A stretch of DNA of 64,000 bases from Kiritimatiellia bacterium. GTDB lineage: Bacteria; Verrucomicrobiota; Kiritimatiellia; RFP12; UBA1067. Positions 51,260 to 59,712 of the stretch are shown in pieces. The stretch lies in the NCBI GenBank assembly GCA_017450695.1, contig JAFSTA010000084.1:34474-98473 (forward strand), read 5' to 3'. The notes beneath the pieces were generated by a model. It made no database searches, was not told where the DNA came from, and saw only the letters and a program-made list of their open reading frames with translations. Position 1 is the first letter of the stretch. The number at the start of each line of letters is the position of its first letter. A program made the position numbers and the translations under genes.

Positions 51260-53347
51260 TCATGCGTTCACGCTTGTTCCGAAGAGAAGCAAGCCGAGTG
51301 AGGAGACGGTCGCTTCTTTCGCGATGGCGTCGGGTTCCCTCCCCGCCTTTCGCAATGCGGTCGCTGTCGGGTTTCCGAGAACGACAACCTTCTTTCCGGT
51401 CAACCGATCCGCCCCGAATTGGTTCAGGAAGGATTCGACTGCCGAAGCGCTTGCGAAAAATACGGCATCGAATCTCGGCAGGTTGTCATACCGAACCTCT
51501 TCGTTGCGATAGAGGATGCAGTCGGTAACGGTTGCGCCTCGTTCACGCAGTGCGCCCGCCACGCTCTCCCCCGCCTTCTCGGAACGGAAACGTAAAATCC
51601 GCTGTCCGTTCCAATAGCCGTCTGACAATGTGGCGATGAGTCCTTCCGCGCTAAAGGATTCCTTCGGCATCCAGTCGGCGTGCAAGCCCGCCGTTTCCAG
51701 TTCCGACGCGCATCCGGGACCACAAACTATCAATTTCGGAACCTGGCGCAGATCGAACGATTCGGATCGCAACAGTTCCAGAAAGATCCGTACCGCGCTT
51801 GGGGAAGTGAGCACAACCCAGTCGTACGAATCCAGCGAACGGATCTCCTCACGCGCACGGGATTCGGCCCGGAGACGGATCAACGGACGCGCAAGCGGGA
51901 CGCCTCCCAGATCGCGTACCGAAAGTTCGGCTTTGGGCAGAATGGATTCGCTACAGGTCAACAGCACGCGCATCCCGTCCAGACCACCCGCTGCGCTTCG
52001 ATATCCGCCCGCGGCTGGAGAACCGATCAGGATCAGTCCCGGAGCCTCTTCCCCTTCACTCGGATGCAAGGTAGCCAAAGTTCCGCGAACGATTTTCTCC
52101 TCCTCGCCGCCTGCCTGATACACGATGGCGGCAGGTGTCTCCGGTGACCACCCCTCACCGATCAGACGACGCGCGACGTCCTCCGCGAGCTTGACGGACA
52201 TGAAGAGAACGAGCGGGAAACGACTCCGTTCCTCGATCCCGACATCCGCATTCCCGCCCCCTTCCGCACGAGGCGTCATCACGGTGAACCCGCGTGACTC
52301 GCCGCGTTTGGTCAAGAGCATCCCCGTGCCGGTCGTGGCCGCAACCAGCGCGCTGACACCGGGAAGCACACGATACGGGATCTGTAATTCATCGAGCCTG
52401 CCGATCTCTTCGGACAAACGCCCGAAGAGGCCGGGATCGCCGCCCTTCAACCGAACGACGCGAAGCCCCTGCCGCGCGTACTCCGCGATCAGCTCCGTAA
52501 TCTCGGACTGCGGCATCGAATGTCCCCCGCAACGCTTCCCCACAAAGACTGCCTGTGCCTGCGGCGGCAACTCGCGCAACAACCGTTCGTCCATCAGCTG
52601 GTCGTACAGGCAGACATCCGCCTGACGCAGCTCTTTCAGTCCGTCCCATGTGATCAGTCCGGCGGAACCGACCCCCGCGCCAACGAAACGAACCGCCTTG
52701 ACGAAGCAAGAACGAAGCCGCATCCATTCCGGGTTCCCTTTGCGGAAGGTGACTGCCAACCGGCCTTGCGCCAGAGGCGTCGGCAACCGGTCAAGCGGAA
52801 TCCATTCTGTGATGCGCTCGGAAAGCCCCAGTCGTTTCAGTGCGGCGCCCGCCATAATCACGACATCGAAATCCCCCGCGTCGAGTTGTGCAATCCGAGA
52901 AGGAATGCTGCCGCGAATGGGACGGATCACGGCATCGGGGAACTCGGAATTGACGTATGCTTCCCGGCGGTCGCTGCTAACGCCGATGACCGGGCGCGAC
53001 AACGAGGCGCGGGATTCCCCGGAACGCAGCACAAGGCAATCGCGCGCGTCCTCGTACCAAGGGAGCCAGAACCAATCAAGCCGCGGATTCGGCAACGGGT
53101 AGGAAAGGTCCTTCGCGCTGTGGACGGCAAGGTCGATCATACCTGATAAAACCGCCTCGTCCAAATCACGCGAAAAGAAATCGGCCGGGGCGGTACGGAG
53201 ACTGCTCGCCAAATCACGGTCCCCCGGCGAAGAGAACGGGATCGTTTGGAAAGAGAGGAACGGAAAGAGACCGATGATGCGGTTCAAGGCATCTTGCGTC
53301 TGCGCCAGAGACAACGCGCTTCCGCGCGTGCCGACTTTCCACTGCAT
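51260..53347 (-). CDS. Tetrapyrrole triple fusion: HemC-like (hydroxymethylbilane synthase domains 1-2 only) + uroporphyrinogen-III C-methyltransferase (CobA/SUMT) + uroporphyrinogen-III synthase (HemD)
   Basis: N-terminal WKVGTRGSALSLAQT...AVHSAKDL...VIMAGAALKRLGL...PLAQGRLAV (HemC domains 1-2; the domain-3 cofactor Cys region is absent). Middle VRFVGAGVGSAGLITWDGL...VVRLKGGDPGLFGR...LPGVSA (SUMT). C-terminal DWVVLTSPSAVR...AVFFASASAVE (HemD). Confidence 0.75.
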   Translation of the reverse strand: MQWKVGTRGSALSLAQTQDALNRIIGLFPFLSFQTIPFSSPGDRDLASSLRTAPADFFSRDLDEAVLSGMIDLAVHSAKDLSYPLPNPRLDWFWLPWYEDARDCLVLRSGESRASLSRPVIGVSSDRREAYVNSEFPDAVIRPIRGSIPSRIAQLDAGDFDVVIMAGAALKRLGLSERITEWIPLDRLPTPLAQGRLAVTFRKGNPEWMRLRSCFVKAVRFVGAGVGSAGLITWDGLKELRQADVCLYDQLMDERLLRELPPQAQAVFVGKRCGGHSMPQSEITELIAEYARQGLRVVRLKGGDPGLFGRLSEEIGRLDELQIPYRVLPGVSALVAATTGTGMLLTKRGESRGFTVMTPRAEGGGNADVGIEERSRFPLVLFMSVKLAEDVARRLIGEGWSPETPAAIVYQAGGEEEKIVRGTLATLHPSEGEEAPGLILIGSPAAGGYRSAAGGLDGMRVLLTCSESILPKAELSVRDLGGVPLARPLIRLRAESRAREEIRSLDSYDWVVLTSPSAVRIFLELLRSESFDLRQVPKLIVCGPGCASELETAGLHADWMPKESFSAEGLIATLSDGYWNGQRILRFRSEKAGESVAGALRERGATVTDCILYRNEEVRYDNLPRFDAVFFASASAVESFLNQFGADRLTGKKVVVLGNPTATALRKAGREPDAIAKEATVSSLGLLLFGTSVNA

Positions 53348-53454
53348 GGGTCACCTCCTCAGATTGGCGTTGCCGAAAGTATGGGGAAAAGAAAAAGGGA
53401 GACACGGATTTTGAAACAAAATTCGTGTCCCCCACAAAACAGGAACGAGAGGAA

Positions 53455-53664
53455 CTACGCCATCTCGCGCATCAGACGACGGGAGCGATTGCGGATACGG
53501 GCACGCGCGGACTTCTTGCGCGCCTTTTCGCACGGCTTCTCGTAGTAGCGGTTGTTCCGCAACTGCTTGAGCAGCCCTTCCTTATCCATGATTTTCTTCA
53601 GACGCTTGAGCGCGCGCTCAACCGTCTCACCCTTCTTCAACCGGATCTGGATCACGTCATTCAC
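53455..53664 (-). CDS. rpsU: 30S ribosomal protein S21
   Basis: 69 aa, MNDVIQIRLKKGETVERALKRLKKIMDKEGLLKQLRNNRYYEKPCEKARKKSARA, a close match to the bS21 consensus. Confidence 0.9.
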   Translation of the reverse strand: MNDVIQIRLKKGETVERALKRLKKIMDKEGLLKQLRNNRYYEKPCEKARKKSARARIRNRSRRLMREMA

Positions 53665-53837
53665 CCCCTTTCAGTCACAAAGTGAAAAGTTAGTATAGAG
53701 AAAATACAGCCTGGAGTCAACCCGAATTTTTTTGAATTTTCGCACGGATTCCCATGCTTTCTCCTTTGATTTCGTGATTGTCTATGCTAAAATAACCCTG
53801 TTGTTCGGTAGTGTATCCATCAGCAAAGGAGGTTGCC

Positions 53838-54311
53838 ATGCCCGAGACCGCCAACAAGATTTTATTCTGTACAGATTTTTCGCAAAATGCGCTTCAGTCG
53901 TTTTCCTATGCGATTCGCGCCACTAAGGAGATTCCCGACGCGCAGCTGGTTCTCTTCCACACGATGCCGGAACCAGACGCGCAATTCTGGAAAGGGTACA
54001 TCTTGGATTCGGATGACGCCATGACGGAGATGAAGCAAAAGATCCACGAGAAGATCGATGCGGAGTATCGCCCGCTCCTGCCACCAGACTGCCCGATGGA
54101 AGTCGTGCTGACCACCGGCGACGCACCGGAGGAGATTCTGCATTACGCGAACCGGGAGAATGTCCGGATGATCGTACTCGGCAGACAAGGGAGCGGCATG
54201 ATCTCCCAATGGCTGATGGGGAATGTCACAGCCCGCGTCGTCCGCAAGGCGAACTGCCCCGTCCTCGTCGTCCCCTTCTCCTTCATCGAAAAACAGAAGC
54301 AGGCCAAATGA
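53838..54311 (+). CDS. Universal stress protein (UspA family)
   Basis: ILFCTDFSQNA...LVLFHTM and C-terminal MIVLGRQGSGMISQWLMGNVTARVVRKANCPVLVVP (Usp ATP-binding tail). AGGAGG RBS upstream. Stop overlaps the next start (ATGA). Confidence 0.75.
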   Translation: MPETANKILFCTDFSQNALQSFSYAIRATKEIPDAQLVLFHTMPEPDAQFWKGYILDSDDAMTEMKQKIHEKIDAEYRPLLPPDCPMEVVLTTGDAPEEILHYANRENVRMIVLGRQGSGMISQWLMGNVTARVVRKANCPVLVVPFSFIEKQKQAK

Positions 54312-55501
54312 TCGGAATCTCGAAGCTTTATCTAGGTACCGTCGAAGTATCCGACCCGTTGCGGTACGGACGTGCGTCCGGCAAACTTCCGAGTCACCTG
54401 CTCCAGTTCTCGAAGGACAAGAAACCTGTCGTCGTGTGGAATGTCACTTCGCGCTGCAACCTGAAATGCGAACACTGTTACGCCGCAGTCCCGAAAGTCC
54501 AGCCGGAGTTGACCGCCGAACAGGCGTTTGCGGTTTTGGACGATCTCGCCGGGTTCGGAGTTCCTGTTGTGTTGTTCTCCGGTGGCGAGCCATTCACCCG
54601 TCCCGATATCCTCGACCTCGCCCGTTATGCGGCCTCGAAGAAGTTACGCGTCGTGTTCTCGACCAACGGGACGCTGATCACGCGCGAAGTCGCGGAGGAA
54701 ATCCAGAAGATCGGCGTTTCGTATGTCGGCATCAGCATCGACGGCGGGCAAGCGGTTCACGACCGTTTCCGTCGCATGGAAGGAGCCTTCCAAGCCGCGC
54801 TCAACGGGATCCGGAACTGCCGCGACGCAGGAATCAAGATCGGTCTCCGCGTCACGATCACTCGTGACAACGTGCAGGAAATCCCGGCGGTGTTCGACCT
54901 CATGGAAACGGAGAAGGTGCCGCGCCTCTGCCTCTATCACCTTGTCTATTGCGGACGCGGCGCGGAAATCGCCGACCATGACCTCACGCCTGAAGAACGT
55001 CGCGCCACGGTGGATCTCATCATCGACCGGACAAAACGCCTGCACGACCTCGGATTCCAGACCGAAGTGTTGACAGTCGATAACCATTGCGACGGTCCCT
55101 ATCTCTATCTGCGGATGTTGCGCGAGGCAAACCCGCGCGCCGGCGATGTATTGTCGCTCCTCCAGATGAACGGCGGCAACAGCACGGGACTCGGGATCGG
55201 CTGCATCAGCTGGGACGGAACCGTCTATCCCGACCAGTTCTGGCGCAACAAACCGCAGGGCAACGTGCTGGAGAAACCATTCAGTGAAATCTGGGGAAAA
55301 CCGCCGGAGGATTCCCTCCTCTGGCAGTTGCGCCACCGGAAGGAACGGATCACCGGACGTTGCGCGAACTGCCGCTTCCATTCCGTCTGCAACGGCAATT
55401 TCCGCGCACGTGCGGAAGCCGCCACGGGTGACATCTGGGCAAGTGACCCGACATGCTATCTAACGGATGAAGAAATCCGAGAACAAGCAACAACCATGTA
55501 A
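54308..55501 (+). CDS. Radical SAM / SPASM-domain enzyme of the NirJ/AhbC/AhbD (heme d1 / alternative heme biosynthesis) family
   Basis: CX3CX2C cluster VVWNVTSRCNLKCEHCY, FSGGEP, STNGTLI, SPASM-like GIGCISWDGTVYPDQFW and CANCRFHSVCNGNFRARAEA, C-terminal DPTCYL. This set matches my recollection of NirJ/Ahb-type proteins rather than anSME. Confidence 0.6.
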   Translation: MIGISKLYLGTVEVSDPLRYGRASGKLPSHLLQFSKDKKPVVVWNVTSRCNLKCEHCYAAVPKVQPELTAEQAFAVLDDLAGFGVPVVLFSGGEPFTRPDILDLARYAASKKLRVVFSTNGTLITREVAEEIQKIGVSYVGISIDGGQAVHDRFRRMEGAFQAALNGIRNCRDAGIKIGLRVTITRDNVQEIPAVFDLMETEKVPRLCLYHLVYCGRGAEIADHDLTPEERRATVDLIIDRTKRLHDLGFQTEVLTVDNHCDGPYLYLRMLREANPRAGDVLSLLQMNGGNSTGLGIGCISWDGTVYPDQFWRNKPQGNVLEKPFSEIWGKPPEDSLLWQLRHRKERITGRCANCRFHSVCNGNFRARAEAATGDIWASDPTCYLTDEEIREQATTM

Positions 55502-55515
55502 CAGGAGACAACACG

Positions 55516-56598
55516 ATGACACAAGACAGAATCCGTGGATCCTTGATCGGCGGGGCGATCGGGGACGCACTCGGATATTCCGTGGAATTCGACTCACTCG
55601 GTTCCATCCGGTCCAAGTACGGCGAACGCGGCATCACGCGTCTGGATACGACATACTCCCTGCATTCGGGCGCGAACGGCAAGGCGGTGATTTCCGATGA
55701 CACGCAGATGACTCTCTTCACCGCGTGCGGTCTGCTCAACGCCAAACGACAGGACCTCCCGTTTCTGGAAGCGATCAAGCAAGCCTATCTGGAATGGTTC
55801 GAAACGCAAACAAGCCGGAATACAAGCCATCAACCGGAATGCTGGATCCGCGATGTGCCCGAACTAAACCACCACCGCGCCCCCGGTTTGACCTGTATGT
55901 CCGCCCTCCGCGAAATCGCACAAGGTGCCCCGCACGGCAACAACGACAGTAAGGGGTGCGGCGGCGTCATGCGTATTGCCCCCATTCCTCTTTTCGCCGT
56001 TCCAGAACGCCGCATGGACATTTTGGAGTCAGACCGCTTGGCCGGAGATGCCGCCGCCCTCACGCACCGCCATCCCCTTGGGTACCTCTCGGCGGCGATG
56101 GCCGCGCATGTCATCTATCTGCTCGTCCAGGAATCCTCCCCGACACGCCAGACGCTGGAGGACGCGATCGCCGATGCGAATCTGGCAATGCGTACTCTCT
56201 ACCCGAAACAAGCCCGTTACGTGGAAACACTGGAAGGCCTCTCCAAGCAGGCGGTCGCTCTCGCGGCAAACGCCGCCCCCGACATCGAGAACATCAACGT
56301 GCTGGGCGAAGGCTGGGTCGGCGAGGAAACGCTGGTAATCGCACTGTATTGCTCACTCCGTCATTTTGACAGTTTCGAGAATGCGATGATCGCCTCCGTG
56401 AATCATGGAGGAGACAGCGACAGCACCGGCGCCGTTGCGGGGAACATCCTGGGCGCCGCACTCGGATACCAAGCCATCCCCTCCTTCTACACGGATGATG
56501 TCGAGTTGCACGATCTGATTCTTCAGATGGCCGACGACCTCTATACCGGCACAATCTCCGGCAACGGAAAAACGGGGAGTGGTGTAGCCAGCAGCTAG
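55516..56598 (+). CDS. ADP-ribosylglycohydrolase family protein (DraG/ARH-like)
   Basis: N-terminal RIRGSLIGGAIGDALGYSVEF (ADP-ribosylglycohydrolase signature). Later GDSDSTGAVAGNILGAALG (metal-binding motif). 14 nt after the radical SAM gene. Confidence 0.8.
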   Translation: MTQDRIRGSLIGGAIGDALGYSVEFDSLGSIRSKYGERGITRLDTTYSLHSGANGKAVISDDTQMTLFTACGLLNAKRQDLPFLEAIKQAYLEWFETQTSRNTSHQPECWIRDVPELNHHRAPGLTCMSALREIAQGAPHGNNDSKGCGGVMRIAPIPLFAVPERRMDILESDRLAGDAAALTHRHPLGYLSAAMAAHVIYLLVQESSPTRQTLEDAIADANLAMRTLYPKQARYVETLEGLSKQAVALAANAAPDIENINVLGEGWVGEETLVIALYCSLRHFDSFENAMIASVNHGGDSDSTGAVAGNILGAALGYQAIPSFYTDDVELHDLILQMADDLYTGTISGNGKTGSGVASS

Positions 56599-56747
56599 GA
56601 TACGCACGATCCACCGTACGAAGCGGCACCGGGACTCGTCTCATATCCCGCATGTCGCTTGTCCTTTGCCTCACACGGAGGCGCGAAGAATGGGAGGGGC
56701 AACGTCCTCGTTCCCCGAATTGGGATGGTCACGTTCGCCTCTCCTCC

Positions 56748-56845
56748 TTGAATCGGGACGGTTCGCAACCGCGAACCGGATAAGAACCGTCGCGCGGTTA
56801 CGCGACAACCGCCAGCGTGTTGTTGTCGTTGTTGTCCTTGCCTAT
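56748..56845 (-). repeat. Intergenic repeat family R1, reverse-orientation copy c, embedded in a ~700 bp repeat-dense region (56660..57470) that also holds R3 and R4 units and gaagcggcactcctgccgcttc hairpins
   Basis: cttgaatcgggacggttcgcaaccgcgaaccg...accgtcgcgcggttacgcgacaacc...cttgcctatcag is the reverse complement of the R1 consensus. Confidence 0.7.
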
Positions 56846-56916
56846 CAGTTCCGAGCAAACCGTTCGGGGAAGCGGCACTCCTGCCGCTTCACGGAGGTGT
56901 AATTGTCTTTTGTCTC

Positions 56917-57050
56917 ACGCGGAAAATGGGGAGGGTCCCGCCCCGTCGCGACCGCGTAGGCAGAGCGGATATTGCTTTCGCTATGGGGAGTCTCGGAGTT
57001 TTGGAGATAGGGTGTCGCGAAGAACGGGAGGGTCGCGCCCCGTCGCGACC
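56917..57050. repeat. Repeat family R3 (gggagggtcNcgccccgtcgcgaccgc ... ctttcgctNNggggagtctcggagtt), two units
   Basis: Shares the 27 bp core and the gggagtctcggagtt tail with the tandem array at 21690..22010. Confidence 0.7.
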
Positions 57051-57233
57051 GCGTAGGCAGGGCAGGAAGGATTAGGAAACAACAGGGACAACATCGAGAA
57101 CAACTTCAATCGAGACGGCTCGCAACATTCCAAATTCCGAGTTCTGGGTGATCCGTTCGGGAAAGCGGGGAAAGTTAAATCGCTTCGCTTTGAAATGGTT
57201 ACATGGTTAAATGGACGAGCCGCCGAAAACGGG

Positions 57234-57282
57234 GCGGATCAGGCTGATTTAAAGCCTCCGAAGGAGGCGATTGAACCATTTC
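57234..57282. repeat. Intergenic repeat family R4, copy b
   Basis: ctgatttaaagcctccgaaggaggcgattgaaccatttca, matches 51003..51050. Confidence 0.7.
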
Positions 57283-57557
57283 ATCTTTTAACCATCCAAA
57301 GCCGCGCCGCGTCAGGCTTTCGTGGTCGCGCCCAGCGCCCTATTCCGTGTGTTCCGTATATTCCGTGGTTTTGTCCAACAGAGGAATCCAGGTTCAAGGA
57401 AGGGATGGGGAAACAACGGGACAACATCAAGAACAACTTGAATCGGGACGGCACCAGCATAACTCGCTTCCCTACGCATCTCGTTCAAGATTGACGCGGC
57501 TGGCGAAAACCGATAGACTAAAGTTCGCATTTTGAAACTGTACCTGAACCAGAAAGG

Positions 57558-58580
57558 ATGATTCACATGACTCGCAAAATGTTTTTAGGCTCTCTTTCCG
57601 CAGATGCCGCCTCCGTGGCAATTCCCGACATCTCGTTCGCGAAACCGACGAAGCTGGAGGACATCCGCGCAATCCTGCTTCACCTCGGGTCGAACATGTG
57701 GGACACCTACTCCACCAAACTGAAACTGGACGAGACGATCTGGCGGAAAGCGACCGAGTACATCAAGAACAAGGGCATGAACCTCTTGCTCATCGATGTC
57801 GGCGAAGGTGTTGTTTATCCGAGTCATCCGGAACTGGCGGTCGCAGGATCCTGGTCGCCCGACAAGCTCAAAGCGGAACTCGCGCGACTACGCGGCATGG
57901 GACTGGAACCGATCCCGAAACTCAATTTCTCAGCGACGCACGACGCCTGGCTCAAGGACTACCAGCGTATGCTTTCAACCAAACCGTACTATCAGGTCTG
58001 CCAAGATGTCATCCGTGACCTTGCGGAGCTTTTCGACCATCCGCGTTTCATCCATCTTGGATACGACGAAGAAACGGCCGGTCACCAATGGGCGCAACAG
58101 TATGTGGCTATCCGCAAAGGCGAGTTGTGGTGGCACGATTTCCTTTGGTTTGTGAGCACGACGGAAAAGGCGGGAATGCGTCCGTGGATCTGGAGTGACT
58201 ATGGATGGCATCATCCCGAATTCATCTCCCGTTGCCCGAAAAGCGTCCTGCAAACCAACTGGTACTATGACGAGGACGGAGAAGGATTCGATCTCGCCAC
58301 AGTCAAGAAGCCCTACTTGAGACTCTTCGTGGAACTCGAAAAGGCGGGTTTCGACCAGCTTCCCGGCGGATCGAACTGGGCAAGTTCCTACTGGCGCAAC
58401 AAGGGACTGAAAACCAACACCACTTCGATCGGTGGATTGGTCAAGTTCTGCCGCGAGCACATCAGCCCGGAATTGCGCAAGGGATTCCTTCTGGGATCTT
58501 GGGTACAATGTGACAATGAAAAGAATCTAGGCATCATCCAAGAAGGCGTCGATCTCCTCGCCGCCGCGCTGAACTCCTGA
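57558..58580 (+). CDS. Hypothetical secreted protein, possibly TIM-barrel hexosaminidase-like
   Basis: N-terminal hydrophobic segment. The FIHLGYDEE motif vaguely resembles the GH20 H-x-GGDE catalytic motif. Otherwise no assignable family. Confidence 0.3.
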   Translation: MIHMTRKMFLGSLSADAASVAIPDISFAKPTKLEDIRAILLHLGSNMWDTYSTKLKLDETIWRKATEYIKNKGMNLLLIDVGEGVVYPSHPELAVAGSWSPDKLKAELARLRGMGLEPIPKLNFSATHDAWLKDYQRMLSTKPYYQVCQDVIRDLAELFDHPRFIHLGYDEETAGHQWAQQYVAIRKGELWWHDFLWFVSTTEKAGMRPWIWSDYGWHHPEFISRCPKSVLQTNWYYDEDGEGFDLATVKKPYLRLFVELEKAGFDQLPGGSNWASSYWRNKGLKTNTTSIGGLVKFCREHISPELRKGFLLGSWVQCDNEKNLGIIQEGVDLLAAALNS

Positions 58581-58624
58581 TTCCCGGTTGCCGTCCCTGT
58601 CAGAAACAAAACGAGGCTTGAAGG

Positions 58625-59506
58625 ATGAATGACTCACCCGTGAACGAGATACAAAAGCAAAAGCAGATTCAACAGTCGAACGACAAACGGCTGGTACGTC
58701 GGATTGTTCTCACGTTTGTCGTGCTGACACTGGTGATCTTCCTCGCATTCGGGTTCCTGCTACGGGGATATCTGAAGTCTGCCGACAACGTCAACGGACT
58801 TCACGCCGCCTACGAAACGCGCCTCACCGAGTTGCGGCAGGAACTGGTGCAACAACGGAACACCTACGAGCAGAAAATCGCGAGCGATATCGATCTGCAC
58901 CATCGCCAAACGGAAGCGCTGGAACGCCAGGCATCCGAACTGATCGCGAATCTTCAACGCCAGCACTCCAACGCTCTCGCCGAATGCGGGACGCAGATCG
59001 AGGATCTTCGGTTGGAAAACAACCGGCAACGCGACAACGCACGCGCCCGCCTGAACCGGTTCGCGGAAAAGTTTTCCGTGATGGAGGAGAATCTGCGCGG
59101 GTATGAACAGACAATCGAAAACCAAGAGGCGCGTCTGGCGGCGCAGGAAAAACAAATCGGTTCCTGGAATTTCCTTTCCAATCAAGTGACCGAAGCCCGA
59201 CGGAATCTAGTCGAGCTTCAGAAGTCAACGCTTGAATCAAACGACGCACTGGCCCGTACCAAACAGGAACAAGCCGATCTTTCCGCCGCCATCGAAAAAC
59301 TCAAGGTCGAAAAGGCGGAATGGGAGAAACAGACCCGTGACGCACAGGCTCAAACCGAAAACGTCAAAAAATCACTGGACGATTTGCGCCGGGAGGAACG
59401 GGAACTACTGCAAAAGGTAGATCAACTGCGCAACGAGGTCAAACGCATCCAAGACAACCAACTCATTCCCCCCGTCACTCCGGTCGTCCCCCCGAAAGTT
59501 CCATAA
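58625..59506 (+). CDS. Membrane-anchored coiled-coil protein (single N-terminal TM helix, ~230 aa heptad-rich region, Pro-rich tail)
   Basis: TM helix IVLTFVVLTLVIFLAFGFLL, then Q/E/R/L-rich heptad sequence (ENLRGYEQTIENQEARLAAQEKQI...), ending PPVTPVVPPKVP. Confidence 0.5.
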   Translation: MNDSPVNEIQKQKQIQQSNDKRLVRRIVLTFVVLTLVIFLAFGFLLRGYLKSADNVNGLHAAYETRLTELRQELVQQRNTYEQKIASDIDLHHRQTEALERQASELIANLQRQHSNALAECGTQIEDLRLENNRQRDNARARLNRFAEKFSVMEENLRGYEQTIENQEARLAAQEKQIGSWNFLSNQVTEARRNLVELQKSTLESNDALARTKQEQADLSAAIEKLKVEKAEWEKQTRDAQAQTENVKKSLDDLRREERELLQKVDQLRNEVKRIQDNQLIPPVTPVVPPKVP

Positions 59507-59639
59507 GGGGCGTGTTAAGCGTGTCAAGCCGAGAAGCGGGGAAGCTGATAGGATGAGAAGGAAGGCGGTAGGGAGGAGTGTACAATCAATAGCTATCGAT
59601 GGCAATCGACTGCAATCGATTGCCGTACCACCTAACCAC

Positions 59640-59712
59640 CAGCTTCCCAGCCTCTCAGCCTCTCAGCTGGCGGCGTTAGCCGTCCCGCCTCTCAGCCTCT
59701 CCGCTGGCGGCG
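59640..59712. repeat. 2 x ~38 bp tandem repeat with GGCGGC-gtta-GCCGCC hairpins downstream of the DUF2723 gene. The ctcagctggcggcg motif recurs at 62660..62700
   Basis: gcctctcagctggcggcgttagccgtcc / gcctctccgctggcggcgttagccgccc read directly. Probable terminator region for 59713..61287 (-). Confidence 0.5.

Noticed and set aside
54308-55501. Radical SAM enzyme as an anaerobic sulfatase-maturating enzyme (anSME) serving the many FGE-fold proteins
   Set aside because: The FGE-fold paralogs lack the catalytic Cys pair and are not sulfatases themselves. The radical SAM protein's N-terminal W.VT.RCNL.C.HC, the GxGC..WDG..YPD SPASM segment and the DPTCYL tail fit the NirJ/Ahb family better than anSME, and the gene sits next to tetrapyrrole-precursor genes.
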